Shown here: positions 27,403 to 39,960 of the stretch, in pieces
Position numbering within the stretch: the stretch's first letter is position 1
How the letters are laid out: every line of letters begins with the position of its first letter
From: the human T2T-CHM13v2.0 reference genome, Homo sapiens
Length of the DNA stretch: 64,000 bases
Strand: one strand, 5' to 3'
Assembly (NCBI RefSeq): GCF_009914755.1
Contig: NC_060944.1
Notes under the pieces: model-generated
What the model was told of the DNA's origin: nothing
Databases searched by the model: none
Seen by the model: only the letters and a program-made list of their open reading frames with translations
Made by a program: the position numbers and the translations under genes

Positions 27403-28059
27403 CGCACAGAGTTAAATTGGGCAGCTGATGTTTTTGGTATTTTATAATTTTTGCTTGGTGACAGGAAACCACAACAAAATATGTGCCTGTGTGTGTGCAT
27501 GCATGTTTTATAGCTTCCTGAAGAAATAGAATCAATTTCAGTTTTTGCAACTAAAAAAGAATGCAGAAAGTGAGCTTGGAGTGAGGAGCTGCTTTCTTAT
27601 AATGACAAAGAATAGTTACAAGCTGTTTTCTAGACCGAGGTAATGGTGGAGGTAACTTCTGCTCCTTTGTTCTGTGTATCTTTGTGAGAAGGGAGAGCCT
27701 GCAAGGGCATAGAAAAGGGAGAAGCCTTGTGGAAAACAGAGAGGTTTCTTCTGGACTTCGGGTTTGGAGGATTAGCAGAACATACTAGAAAATAAGGTTC
27801 TTTCTCTTGGGAAATTACTCATGCTGGCAGCCTGAAATAGCATGAAAAGGACTTTTATTAGTGGCAGGTCTTCAGATAGTTTGCTAGAGAGGAGAAGTGC
27901 TTCCAAGTTGAGTGAAAGCAGAAAGCGAGCCAGAGTTGCATTAGCAAGTGATTCAAACAATGAAATCTCAAGCAGCAAGGCAGCTGACATCTCAGCACTT
28001 ACTCTGTGCTGACAGATAAATATAAATTATTTTTGAGACAGTGGTTATTTGAGATATGT

Positions 28060-28220
28060 AAAAGTTTTTAGATAGATATCATTATCCCAATTTTACAAAT
28101 CAGGAAACAAGTTTATAAGGTTTGTAATTAGTCCAATGCCCCATAAACAGCTGGTACATAATGGGGCTAGGGTTTGAACGCAGCTTATTTGATTTGAAAA
28201 CCTAGGTTCTTTCCACATGT
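28060..28220 (-). mobile_element. MIR
   Basis: ATTATCCCAATTTTACAAATCAGGAAAC core. Confidence 0.6.
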
Positions 28221-29591
28221 TAAGTAATCCCTTGCCTTTTTGAGAACTGCATTTTATAGTTAGCATTTATCCTAAGTGGTTCATGGTTTTTACTAATTTT
28301 AAAGGGAAAGTTCTAGTTTTATAGGGAAGATAACGTTGGCTTGTGAACTCAGTGAGAAGATGGACAGTAGAGAGGTTAACTTGTCCAAAATCAAATCGCT
28401 CTGATGCCAACCCAGGTTTGTTGGAGTGCAATCCGCTGCTCTTACCTACCATGTTGTGCTGTCTGGCTGATTTTACCACCCAGGAGCTGTTGATTACCAG
28501 TGTTTGGTTAATCATAGGAAAGTCTGGCTTGCAGCCATTGCCAGTGCACAAATCATGTTCTGTGAAATAAATTTTATTTTATTGACTCGAAGAGACAAAA
28601 GTGAAGCTATGTCTTCTGAATAATACCCAGCATTGCTTGTATTGGACTTTGTATATTTTTTTTCTTGGAGTAGAATAAAGTATGTAGACAAAATAACTTA
28701 TGAAGCATTTTTATTGTTCTGTGGATTCTGTTCTAACTTGAAAGGTAACTGCTTTTTCACTTTTTAGATTCTACAAAAAAGAGTGTTTGTTACCTGGTGA
28801 ATCAAAACAGAGGTTCCATTCTGTGATACGAAAAGATAATTATTAATAAACTAAAATTAAATAACACTAATACTATTGGCAGAATACATTAATGCCGATA
28901 ATCACTGATACTATAATAGATGTTCAATGCAGCCAGCATGAAGAGCTGGAGGAACATTGATGAGAATTTTAATTCATATGATATTTAAGTTTATATCCTT
29001 TATTTCTTTAGCATGTTCTGTTTTTTTTGTCAAATCTTTTAGTTTCACGATTCATTAGAGTGGATGACCCAGGCAGATGGAATTGGCAGTGTTTATTAGA
29101 ATGTCATACCCTGCTTTAAAATAATGTTCTCTGCTAATTTGTCCCTTGTTCCCTGAAACAATGAGTTGACTTTACCCTGAGCATCCTGGGTTGTCAGCTT
29201 TAAAGTCAATCTTTTGCAAGGTTGAAAGGATCAAGGGCATTATTACATAATTGTTTTGTCTTTAATCCATAGACTTTTGGAGGAAAAGGAAGCAAAATGT
29301 GGCGATTTGTGTATGTTTTGGGTATTGGGCAAGAGGAAAGAGAGAAGCAGAGGTATACCTGTACCTAAAAAGTTTTCTTAACTGTCACGTCATGGTGAAT
29401 TAATATGTTGGTGCTTTCTTAAACTCCTCAGTAATGAGAGTCAAAAAACAGATTCAATATGCTATTCGGAGTTAATATGGGAAAAGATGCTGTATATTTA
29501 TATTAAAGGGAATTGGAAAGGATGGTATTTGCTCTGGAAACACAGCCTTCGTTCATGTTTACTAGTCCTATAGTAGTTACGTTCATCAATT

Positions 29592-30589
29592 ATGTTTTGT
29601 TTCCTAGAATGTACAACATCCTCCATGTTTTTTTCTTTCTATAATTTACATTTATATTGTGTTTTTCCTTTTTTGTGGTAATAAACTATTGTAAATGTGA
29701 ATAATAAATATATTATACCAGTGCCTCTTGTGGAGGTGCAATATTAGCTCATTTAAAAAAAAGCCTAAAAGCCTTATCTTGTTCTCAGTAAAAATGTTTA
29801 TAGTCTTACTTTACATATTGTTCTGAAAAGCTGTTTTTTAAAATGTACAGACCTTTCCGGGGGTATGCTGGTATACATTTAACCACTGGTGGGGTGGAGG
29901 TGATTTGTATTTTTACCAATTTCTGGGGTTTAAATATTCTTACCATGGCCAATTTTAAGCTAGCAGTTCAGCATCACTGAACCTGGGGATGGGAATAGAT
30001 GCACACAGTTGTCTTTTGCAGGCCTTGGAAGCTGGCTCAGCCACTGATTTTAGTACCAAGAGATTGGAAGGGGAGCAGTGGCTAGAAGGGGTAGTGGAGA
30101 GGCAGAAAACTAAAGAATGTAGAAAATAATAAGAAACTAACTAAATTGGGAGATGGGTTTCTGTTAAAGGAACTTGAGTAAACATGTCGACTCTGTTTTC
30201 TGAAACTGCCGGGATGAAAAAAATAACTAAAAGTGGGGGGAAATTTTTCACTAAAAGTAGAGAATGGCTAAACCCCAAATGTTAAGCCTCTGAAGAATAT
30301 CTGCCAAATTTGGAGCAAATCTGAGCAGAGTCAAAATATGTGTCTCTTAGAGCCCCAGCAGGTGGATTTTTTGCAAGGTCATGGCCAAAATCCCTAATTG
30401 GGAACAGAGAGGTTGAAGCCCTAGGCGGGTTCCTGGAGAAGCAGAACTTGTTCCTCTTTTGATGTTTTGTTTCGTAGATTATACAGTATCCTCCATGTTT
30501 TTTTTTTCCTTTCTATAATTTATGTTTATATTCTGTTTTTTCTTTTTTGTGGTAATAAATTTTTGTAAATGGGAATAATAAAATATTAT
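29592..30589 (+). repeat. Spaced direct duplication of ~127 bp (29592-29716 and 30462-30589)
   Basis: Both copies read ATGTTTTGTTTC(C/G)TAGA...ATCCTCCATGTTTT...TTTTTTGTGGTAATAAA...GTAAATG.GAATAATAAA; roughly 85-90% identical by eye. Confidence 0.9.
29857..30046 (-). mobile_element. MER63A-like hAT element
   Basis: TGCTGGTATACATTTAA...ACCATGGCCAATTTTAAGCTA...CATCACTGAAC...GCTGGCTC. Confidence 0.7.
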
Positions 30590-31289
30590 GCTTATAGATT
30601 TATTCACTTTAGACAGTATCTGTTGAGTCCTAAATATGAAAAATTTAAAACGTGAACATTCATATTTTCTTCCATTTTTCCAATCTCTTGATCATGCTAT
30701 TTATTATTTTTTACATGATCATGATTTATCACATTTTTATTACATTCTATATACCGTAATTTGCCTCCATTTCATATTTAAATAAATTACATTGCAAACA
30801 TCAGAACAAAAGAAAATATCAAACCAGGAAGCATAATAAATTGAAATAATAGAATTAAGATGAACCACCTGCTTATTAGAAATCATAATGTAAACGAGAT
30901 AAGTTCATTTATTGAAAGGAAACTATTTTGCGTGAGTCATCCAAAAAAGTGATTATAGGCAAACTTAAAAGTAAGCAGTGGTTATAATTAATACAAAAGA
31001 TGAAGGGTATTTTTACTTTTAACTTTATTCCTTCTGTGGTCTGAACTTTTTCAATAAACTTGTTTTACTTTACCAATTAATTTTTAAAACATCCCAGACT
31101 GTAGCCATTGATTATAATGAGACACAGCTGCATCGTTTTCATATTAAACAGTGACTGTTTCACTGCCTGTTTTTTGTCACATGGCAGGCCTTCAGTAAAT
31201 GGTGGCTGAAAGAACATTTTCTCAAGATGTTATAGTGTTATTATGATGTGTATCTAATAGTTGCCCCAATCTTTGGAGTCTTTTTTTTT

Positions 31290-31385
31290 TATTTGCATGC
31301 ACCCTTGTGAGGGAAGTGATTTTATTGCTGTTTTACAGATGAAGAAACTGGGGCTCAGGGAAATTAAGTGACTTGCCCAACATCA
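31290..31385 (-). mobile_element. MIR
   Basis: TTTTACAGATGAAGAAACTGGGGCTCAGGGAAATTAAGTGACTTGCCCAA. Confidence 0.8.
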
Positions 31386-32746
31386 AACCATCTCATGTCT
31401 TCTGAATCATTTTTTAAGTAAAATATTTTTCTCATCATATGACAGTCTCTTAAATACAATATTTTAGTTATGATTCTGTTGACTGATTAGAATCTATATA
31501 AACTGAAGACATTTTAAAATTATATTAAATATTTTCTTATTAGAAGCATTAGAAGAGTATAACTCAGTTTAGAAAGATTTCAATCTTTCAGGGGCATGAT
31601 TGGGAAAAATAACTTGTGTGAAGTAGTTTGTTCTTTAGTAGTCAAGTGGATGAATATATGCAGTGTTGACTTAATTATCTTTGTGGAGTAGCTGTGAACC
31701 ACCAGTCTATTCTGTGGTTCTATCCTGAAAACTGTCTTTTCAATATAAATAAGAGCAATAGACTGTCAGGAGATTTCTGGGGAGGTGGAGGGAACTGCAG
31801 GATGCTAGGACTTGAGACTGATGGAAACGTTTGAGGTAGAGTCAGGTTTTACACGTGGTTTGCTGGAGGTGCCATGACTCAGTTTCTTCCTCTTGAGTCT
31901 GCCTGTGTAAAAGTGGTTGAAATGTGCACATATGCATGCAAACACTATTGCATTTGGGTGGTGTTTTTTATGGTTACTTCTAGCCTGCATCAGCATTTTG
32001 GCTTGGGTGCCCACTCTGTATGATATATTGGCTGAATGTTCATCTCTGAGGTCTGACAGTCGGCTTTTGAGAGCAAATGGATGGCCACAGTACAGGCACG
32101 TGCCCGCTATAGCAACTGCCAAGGTTCAAAACAAAAAGTCCAGCTTCTCGAGGGCACAAAACATGCTGTTTCTTATATGTTCTAGTGTAATGCAAAGCAT
32201 ATACTAAATATCCACTAAATACCTGTAGGGTGTGCTTCCATTCGCTATACTTTCATTTGGGAAAGCTTTATAATAGTGTGAAATCTAGTACTGATCACAC
32301 TGTAATTTTTAGAGATAGTAGTACAAGTTGGGACAGATGGGGAGCCTAATAATTTAATGATTTTACCAAGTGCGTTGAAAACTTGTCACAATATCAGCTT
32401 GGTGGATTAAAAATTGGCAAATGAAATCTGGAGTTTTTGGCATTTTCCAAATCTTTCTCACAAAATACAATTCTCTCTGGATGCCTCTCAAATACAGGGT
32501 CCCATGATTAACTAAATGTGGGAGGCACAGCATAAAATCTCTTCTAACAGATTTATAATGAAAATAAGCATACTAAAAACTTGGAGAAATCCTGCAGAAT
32601 AGAATTCTACTTACATTAGTGTGGATTGGCCATCCTAAAACATCCTGGAACCTTGTTTTGCAGAACATTTTACATTCTCTGAGCATTTTGGGAAATGCCA
32701 AATTTTTTATTGTAACGCTGTCACCGATGGATGGGTAAACCTGGGG

Positions 32747-32751
<5 letters not shown>

Positions 32752-32796
<45 letters not shown>
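32752..32796 (+). repeat. (TG)~22 microsatellite
   Basis: Read directly. Confidence 0.97.
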
Positions 32797-32799
<3 letters not shown>

Positions 32800-33279
32800 C
32801 ATGTTAATTTGATGTAGAATTAAAATCCTCTTGAGTTATACCAACAGGACAAAAGTCTCAACATTTTACTATCTGTGCAAGGCAGATAATCTCTAGATCT
32901 CATTTTAGACAGTAGTTCTTAATTATTTTTCTTTATATCAGTGCTACTTGTAACTTAAAAATTTTTAAAGTTTTATTTCCTTTCTTGAACTCTGAAGGTA
33001 TTATAAAGGAGAAAAACAGTAAAAGATGCCAGCCCAACTGGGGAGGTTGGAACAGAGATTATGAATATATTATAACCAAGTTACTACATTTCCTGAATTG
33101 TGGGCAATCAGTTGTGCCTTTCTTTCAGTTTATATCCTGAATTTTTTGTAGACTTCAGTATAGAAAAAACAAAGATTTGTTTTAAGGAAGAGTTCAGGTG
33201 TGGCCTTCCAATTTTACTCTTCCTATTATAAACAAACACCCAACCTCTGATCAGGTGGCTCTTCTTGTTATGTTTGGGG

Positions 33280-33660
33280 CCTCTTACTCATTCCCGGGCA
33301 GTGTTCCTCGGCAATATGCCTGTGACAAGCGTTTGCTGTATTTGTTGTTCGACTTAGGGTAGTTGAAAGAGTCTCTCTCAGCCACTCTCTCTGGATATTT
33401 TGTTGTGGCTGTGGGCACTGTTTGCCCAGCCTCTCACTTTGTAGCGGAGGGGTGGGACTCTGCGTGAAAGGACCAGCGTTATAGTCCCTGGCTTCTCCGG
33501 CTAATTCATCCCGAGGCTCCTGCCCCTTCCCATTCTGGAAGGGGCGAGCTTATCCTAGACCTGTGACTGCCTCTGAAGTTCTCCACCTGCCTCAGGCGTG
33601 CTCTCCAGTGCCTGTTTCTGACTGAGTGAGGTTGAAATCCTACTGACTCCTTTTCAGGTA
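33280..33660 (+). promoter_or_regulatory. Candidate promoter / non-coding first exon or enhancer
   Basis: Non-repeat GC-richer patch with about 11 CpG in ~310 bp in CpG-poor surroundings; GC-box-like GGAGGGGTGGGA; ends at CAG|GTAAAA. Confidence 0.35.
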
Positions 33661-34134
33661 AAAAAGCATACTGAAAAATGGCTTTAGGAATAGCAGTTAA
33701 GATTTATATAGAGGGGGCAGTTTTGTTAAGTTTATGGTTTCTGTTGTTTGTAGAGGGCTATCACGGTTTTATTTTCATGGTCCCTGAAGGTAAGCAGATA
33801 TAGCTGTATTTAGTGATAGAAAATACTATATTGCTTAGAGAACCCAAACTTCCCATGAAAATTGTTATATTTATTATTACTTTTTTCTTTAGACTTTCTT
33901 ATAAGAGAGAAATTGAAGACAAAATTGTGCCAACAAAGTATATTAGACACTGTGATTTTGTGGTAATTTTGGCATCAATTAGATATTTATTTTAATATCT
34001 CTTTTTATAAAATTTTCCTAAACCTAACTGTAACTCGAATAGAGTTTTCCATAAGACATGTATAGGTATGATTTGCTTGGCTGGTAGGATTTCTTGGTGT
34101 GTTTTATTTATCACACTCCATATTTTAAAAATTA

Positions 34135-34238
34135 ACTGTGTGTGGGGACAGGGGATATATGGGAAATCTATGTACCTTCTGCTCAGTTTTGCTATGAACA
34201 TAAAACTGCTCTAAGAAATGAGGTCTATTAAAAAAAAA
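34135..34238 (+). mobile_element. L1M (L1MC-like) extreme 3' end
   Basis: GGGGATATATGGGAAATCTATGTACCTTCTGCTCAGTTTTGCTATGAAC...A-tail. Confidence 0.75.
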
Positions 34239-35434
34239 CAGTCCCTTGATAATACTTTCTGTGAATACTTAAATATAATGTGATAAAGCACAGATGATGT
34301 TAAACTTTTTTTATAAGGCATAAATTTTAAAAAGCTAATTCATTTTTCTTTTTCATAATTAGTAATGAAAATATGGGACATATTTCAGTATTTTGTTTTG
34401 ATTGCCACTTTTTTTGTTCAACCATATTCAGATGGGTAAAATGATTATTTTCAAGTCTCTTTTCCTAAATAAGAAGTGAGAATAAAAATATACTTTGAAC
34501 ATGAACGCGTACTTATTCATTGTCTTGGAAAGTTAATGAGCCATTATGTAAAATTCCTTTCTGAAATCAGAGAGTAAAAATTAACAACTTAGAAAGTTGG
34601 TTTGTGTATTTGGTAATTATGTTTCTAAAACCCATTTTTTCATATAATATGCACATGTTCATGGACAGAGGAGTGATGCTGAAGTATGAAACTTGTACTT
34701 AGTACCGAATAATTGGCTTTGAATAGCTTTAGAAACATATTTCATATTTGCGTACTTTATTTTTTCAGTTAGGCACGCCTTAAACACATGTAGTTATGAA
34801 ACAAACGGTGAAACCATGACTAGCCACAGATATTTGAGCATAAACAATCTTAATTATAATGACTGAAGTAAACAAAGCATGACCATTAAAATAAACTTAT
34901 TTTCGACAGATTTATACATGAATAATATGCAACATTCTATGGCAATTTTTAAGGGTGCATGAAGAACTTTCACAGCTGTCTTTTATAGCTGAAGCAGGGA
35001 CAGTGGCCTAAGAATTCCTTTGATAGTTATTACCTGTTGGAAAAAAACCACTTTATGTGCTTTTTACATTAAAGAGCAATTACATATAAAGTGATGCACT
35101 CTCCAAAGATACAGAGAATATTTCCAGACACATTAAAGCATATGAAACTTTCCAAATTTTCAACACAAGTTCAACTGTGTTTTATCTTTATAGACTCTCC
35201 CGGGGCTTTGGGGTAAGTTATCTTATACAGATGGAGGCTAGAACTGAAGCATTATAGAGCAGGAGAAGGTGCTTCCAGGAGACAAGGTGTGCAAGGCTTA
35301 ATGTTGCTTACCTGTTTACCTGCACCTGTTTACCTGCACCTGTCTTCTCTGAAGGTGACGCTGTTGATGAAGCTGCTGTTGAGAAGACCCAAGTAATTGA
35401 GACTCGGTCTGTGGGCTTGTTATCGGATCACTCC

Positions 35435-35601
35435 ACTGTTTTCCACACTTTAATGTGCGTGTGAATCATTTGTGATTTTGTTAACTGCATATTGTACCAC
35501 AGCAGGTGTGGGGTGATGAGGCCTGAGATTCTGCATTGCTAACAGGCTCCCAGGTGCTGCTAATGCCACCATTTCAGGGACCACACTTTGACTAGCGAGG
35601 A
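35435..35601. mobile_element. MER5A1-like element
   Basis: GCCTGAGATTCTGCATTGCTAACAGGCTCCCAGGTG...GGACCACACTTTGA. Confidence 0.8.
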
Positions 35602-36288
35602 GCTACACCACCAGATACCAAATAACTGCTCAGGTCATTGTTTTTCACTTAATGGACATTGTCTGTCCATAGTGGGCAGTCAGTTTGCGAAGCTCATGAC
35701 TGAGATGTGATTGAGGGGAATCGACTAGCTGGTGACACTGGCCGCTTTGTGGCTGATATAACTGATGATGTGTGGCTTGTTTTCTCTGGTAGAAATGTGT
35801 GGGATTGTCACCTCTGCTGAACTTCCACAGCAGTCTTTTCCAGGACTCGTCATCCTTGGCAGCCCCAACTCCTGCCTGTCAGCCCAAGCAGCCACCAATT
35901 AAGAAAGCGTTCAAGCTCAACACCCACCTTTCAAGCTCAAGTCTCCCTTTGCGGTTGCTACAACCACCAAGGGCTCATCCTCTTCTCCTGTCTGCCCTCA
36001 TGTCCTGCCAATCAGGAGCCTTTTAAATGCATTGAGTTTGATTTGCATCTTGAACCTGAGTCTTCTGTGGCATCCTCTGCCCAATCTGGCTTGCAGGTGC
36101 TCCACTTTAGCTCCCTGTGAATTTAAATATAGAAACTTTATTTGTGAGGAGCTGCTTCCTTCCTCTCACTTAACACACAATTTTCCAATGTAATAATCCA
36201 GTTTTGGGCATTTGATTTTCATAAAAACTTTCCATGTCTCAGCTTGTGAGATATGTGTCTTGAGTTCTCAATGTAAACACTTTGCCAG

Positions 36289-36549
36289 TCTGTAATTCCA
36301 GCACTCTGGGAGGCCGAAGCAGGAAGATTACTTGAGGTCAGGAGTTTGAGACCAGCCAGGCCAACATGGTGAAACCCCATCTCTTAAAAAAAAAAAAAAA
36401 AATTAGCCCGGCGTGGTGGTGCACACCTGTAATCCCAACTACTCTGGAGGCTGAGGCAGGAGAATCGCTTGAAACGGGAGGCAGAGGTTGCAGTAAGCTG
36501 AGACCGTGCCACTGCGCTCCAGCCTGGGTGACGGAGCAAGACTGTCTAA

Positions 36550-36582
<33 letters not shown>
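36289..36582 (+). mobile_element. Slightly 5'-truncated AluS with (AAAT)n tail
   Basis: Alu body starts at CTGTAATTCC; TSD approximately AAACACTTTGCCAG/AAATACTCTGCCAG. Confidence 0.95.
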
Positions 36583-36584
<2 letters not shown>

Positions 36585-36711
36585 ATACTCTGCCAGGGTT
36601 CTAGATACCATGTGAATTGAACTCCTGAAGGGAAGGAAGTGGGCAGTGGGGTGTTGGTGTGATACTCCAAATTCTTCAGTGATTCCTTCCCATTGTACTT
36701 TCCTCCACAAC

Positions 36712-37100
36712 ATTGTTTGTGAAAATTTCAAACATATAGTAATTTGAAAGAATTTTACAATGAACAGCTGTGTATTCACCTCCTAGATTCTACCATGAAC
36801 ACTTTATTGCCTTTATTATCTGTCCATCCACTTATCCCTCTGTCTTTCACTGTCTTATTTTTGATGGATTTAAAAATAAACTGCAGGCATAGTTTGTATA
36901 TTCCAGCATGCTTATTATTAACTGGAGTTCAATATTTCTTATCAGTTATTCATACGAAATTTCTATTCGATGAAATGCACACATCCTTACTTGTACATAG
37001 CTTGAACTTTCAACAAGTGGACGCACCCAGATAAATCAGTCCTGGCAAGATATAGAACATTACCACCACCGGAGAAAGTTCCTGCATTCCTTCCCCAACC
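36712..37100 (-). mobile_element. Old L1M 3' fragments
   Basis: GAAAATTTCAAACATATAG...; AAGATATAGAACATTACCACCACC..AGAAAGTTCC. Confidence 0.65.
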
Positions 37101-38874
37101 TTTACGTTCTTTTTTGAGTCTCTCCAAAGAAGGATTTACTGATTGCAAGTGATCTGTGGTTAGTTTATTTCTTCAAAATTGTGCTTTGATCAGTTTTATT
37201 TCATGCAAGTTACTTTCATACTTAGGAATGCATGTTGTACAACACTTTCTTACAAATTAATATTTAGTTTGTTAGGACTAATTTATTTCTGACAGAACTA
37301 AAGTTTTAACAAGAGTAGCTTAGATTATCTGTTTTTTACTTGGTACAGATGTTTTCCAATGACTTTATTGATTCTTATCATGTTTTATGAGATGGCTGGT
37401 GAGATAACATAAATAGAGATGCAAAGACATGGAGGTAAACCATGTTCTGAGAGGTTCTTTGGGCTGACACACCTGGTTTCTCTGGATATAAAGAAAAAAA
37501 ACTCCTCTTTCAGGCAGCTGTTTCCTACGAAGATTGTGTTTGAGGATACAGTAACCTCATCATTTAGCCTGAAATATAAGTTGGTTCACACTGCTTCTTC
37601 AGAAACAGAAAGCTCTATCCTTGTAATAATGATAATTCATGACATTCCATGTTTGTGGGCAGTAGTTTCAGTCAGCTTTACCTTCAGGTACCTAACAAGG
37701 TCTGGGGTTGATTTGGATCTGCCCTGATGTGGGTTCACAGAGTCGGTAAAACCTCAGCTATCCAGAAAGCTAATTGTCTGAATTGCCAGACTCTCAAAAT
37801 GGCCTGGAGGCAGAAAGTTAAAATGTACCACAATCTCTTTGGTCATGAAGAAGCAGTTTTTGAATATCTAACATAGCGGTAGGGATATGGTCAAAATGAA
37901 TGAGTTATACCAGCACCATAAAGTTGTTTAGGGGCTGTAAAGTGCTCACATTGAGTTCTTTGACGGTACCATGAAACTCCCATTTTTGGTTTGCTCCTTT
38001 TCACAAATCACTACTTCAGTGGAATATGAGACTCATCTCTGAAAACTCACACAGCTCCTTAAGCTCTTATTCACACCTTGACATAGTTTTTTTGTGTGTG
38101 TGTGAATATGATTTATAAACGATGGGTTTATTCAGGTATTTTCTGTAAGAAATCCACATTGTATAACTTGGAGTTACCTATCATATGGTAGGCGCTCAGA
38201 AGCTTCTTTTACAGTCCCCTTTAGAATGCTACAAAGAAATATGTAGTGATTTTCAAAGGTACATCATTTAGTAGACAGTTTACGTTTCCTTGCTCACAAA
38301 AGAATGCAAGAGAATATTCCAGTAGTTTCAAAAAGTACAGTATGCAATCCTTAGAACCAAACTGCACAAATATTCAGCAGCTGTCTATTCAAAAATTAAA
38401 ACCAGAGACCATATTTTGTTAGGGCTAATGTATAGTTGTCAAACTATAGACCAGAACAACAAGAATCTGTATGTGCATATTTATTCTAATCTTGTTTTCC
38501 AAGTTACTTAATTTATAGTTGCTTTTCTCTGAGAGGAAAGGACAGAACAAGTATTGCAAACACTTGCTACAGTCAGTTTTGGCAAAAAAATAACTCAGAG
38601 AGCCATGTTTTAAGAAAAATAAATTCAGGTTATAAATTTAAGCATCATTCTACTGGGTTGCAACAGTATCTGAGACTTCTACTTTGAATATTTCATCTGA
38701 TGATGTAATTGGAGGCGGCAGAAGCATATTATCTGCATTTATTTGTGCAGTTGTGTATTATGTAAGTGGAGAATTGTGGGAAATAATGACTATTTCCCCC
38801 CTCCTCATAATTTTAAGCCTCAATGGAATGGAAAGAAATATCAATCGATCTTCCATATTTGGCAGAGTGCTTGC

Positions 38875-39960
38875 AGAGGCCACTGTCTCTGCAAACATGA
38901 TAAACCTCATTTTCCCCTTCCCCTGTCAACTTGTCAAGAACAGAATTAACAGGAGGATTATATTAAGGCAAAATAATTTGGGGTTTTCTGTTTTGTTTTT
39001 GTCTTTGTTTTTAAAAGTTACTTCCATGTGTCTGGCCATGTTTCAGTAATAATGTTTGGCACTTTAATAATTCCTTTCATCTGCAAAGAGCAAATTGTTT
39101 TTCTGAAATAATTTCATTTTGTAGAATGACTCCATAGAGCAGGTTGACCCCATCCATGATCTAGAATATAAGAATTCATCATATAACAAAGGACCACCAT
39201 TTAATGCCAGTTTTAGTATGTTTTCAGCTTCAACTAAAAACTTAAGATTCCATAATAAGAGAGAAGTCACCAAGCCAATTCCCTGTTGAGTGGAATATCT
39301 TACTCATTTTCTACATACATCCTACCTATCCTTGAAAGTTAAGCATAAAACCTCACCTTGCTGAAGCTTTCCTCACTGCTATAAGTCAAATCCCTGTCCA
39401 TCTCTCCCTTTCCTGAGTGCATATTGCATTGGCTTATAAACCTTTTGGTGTTACTCTCCTGTGTAGATAAAGACTGTTAATTACTCTCTAATTATATTTT
39501 ATGTATTAGTCTTCCCATGTCTTCCAATGTAAGTCCTCTTTGCAGAAACACCATCTTAACACTTATTTTGCATTTCCATTCGCATTTCCTTTTCTTGTTT
39601 AGTGTTTTGGAAAACTGTCATTTAATAAATATTGTTGGCCGAGTGCCTGAATGTTAAGAGAGGCCACTGTCTCTGCAAACATGATAAACCTCATTTTCCC
39701 CTTCCCCTGTCAACTCGCCCTAAGAACAGAATTAACAGGAGGATTATATTAAGGCAAAATAATCTGGGGTTTTCTGTTTTGTTTTTGTCTTTGTTTTTAA
39801 AAGTTACTTCCATATGTCTGGCCATGTTTCAGTAATAATGTTTGGCACTTTAATAATTCCTGTTATCTGCAAAGAGCAAATTGTTTTTCTGAAATAATTT
39901 CATTTTGTAGAATGACTCCATAGTGCAGGTTGACCCCATCCATGATCTAGAATATAAGAA
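38875..39960 (+). repeat. Spaced direct duplication of ~300 bp (38875-39174 and 39659-39960)
   Basis: AGAGGCCACTGTCTCTGCAAAC...GATCTAGAATATAAGAA occurs twice with fewer than ten differences; 484-bp non-duplicated spacer. Confidence 0.97.
39290..39652 (+). mobile_element. Degenerate L2 3' end (inside the duplication spacer)
   Basis: GAAGCTTTCCTCACT...AATGTAAGTCC...TAATAAATATTGTTG. Confidence 0.5.

Noticed and set aside
27842-28012. 56-codon ATG ORF (MKRTFISGRSSDSLLERR...)
   Set aside because: Short, no recognised homology and no supporting splice or promoter signals; within chance expectation
38684-39835. Paired similar ORFs suggesting a duplicated gene
   Set aside because: The similarity is only the 300-bp DNA duplication; frames differ between copies and starts are non-ATG
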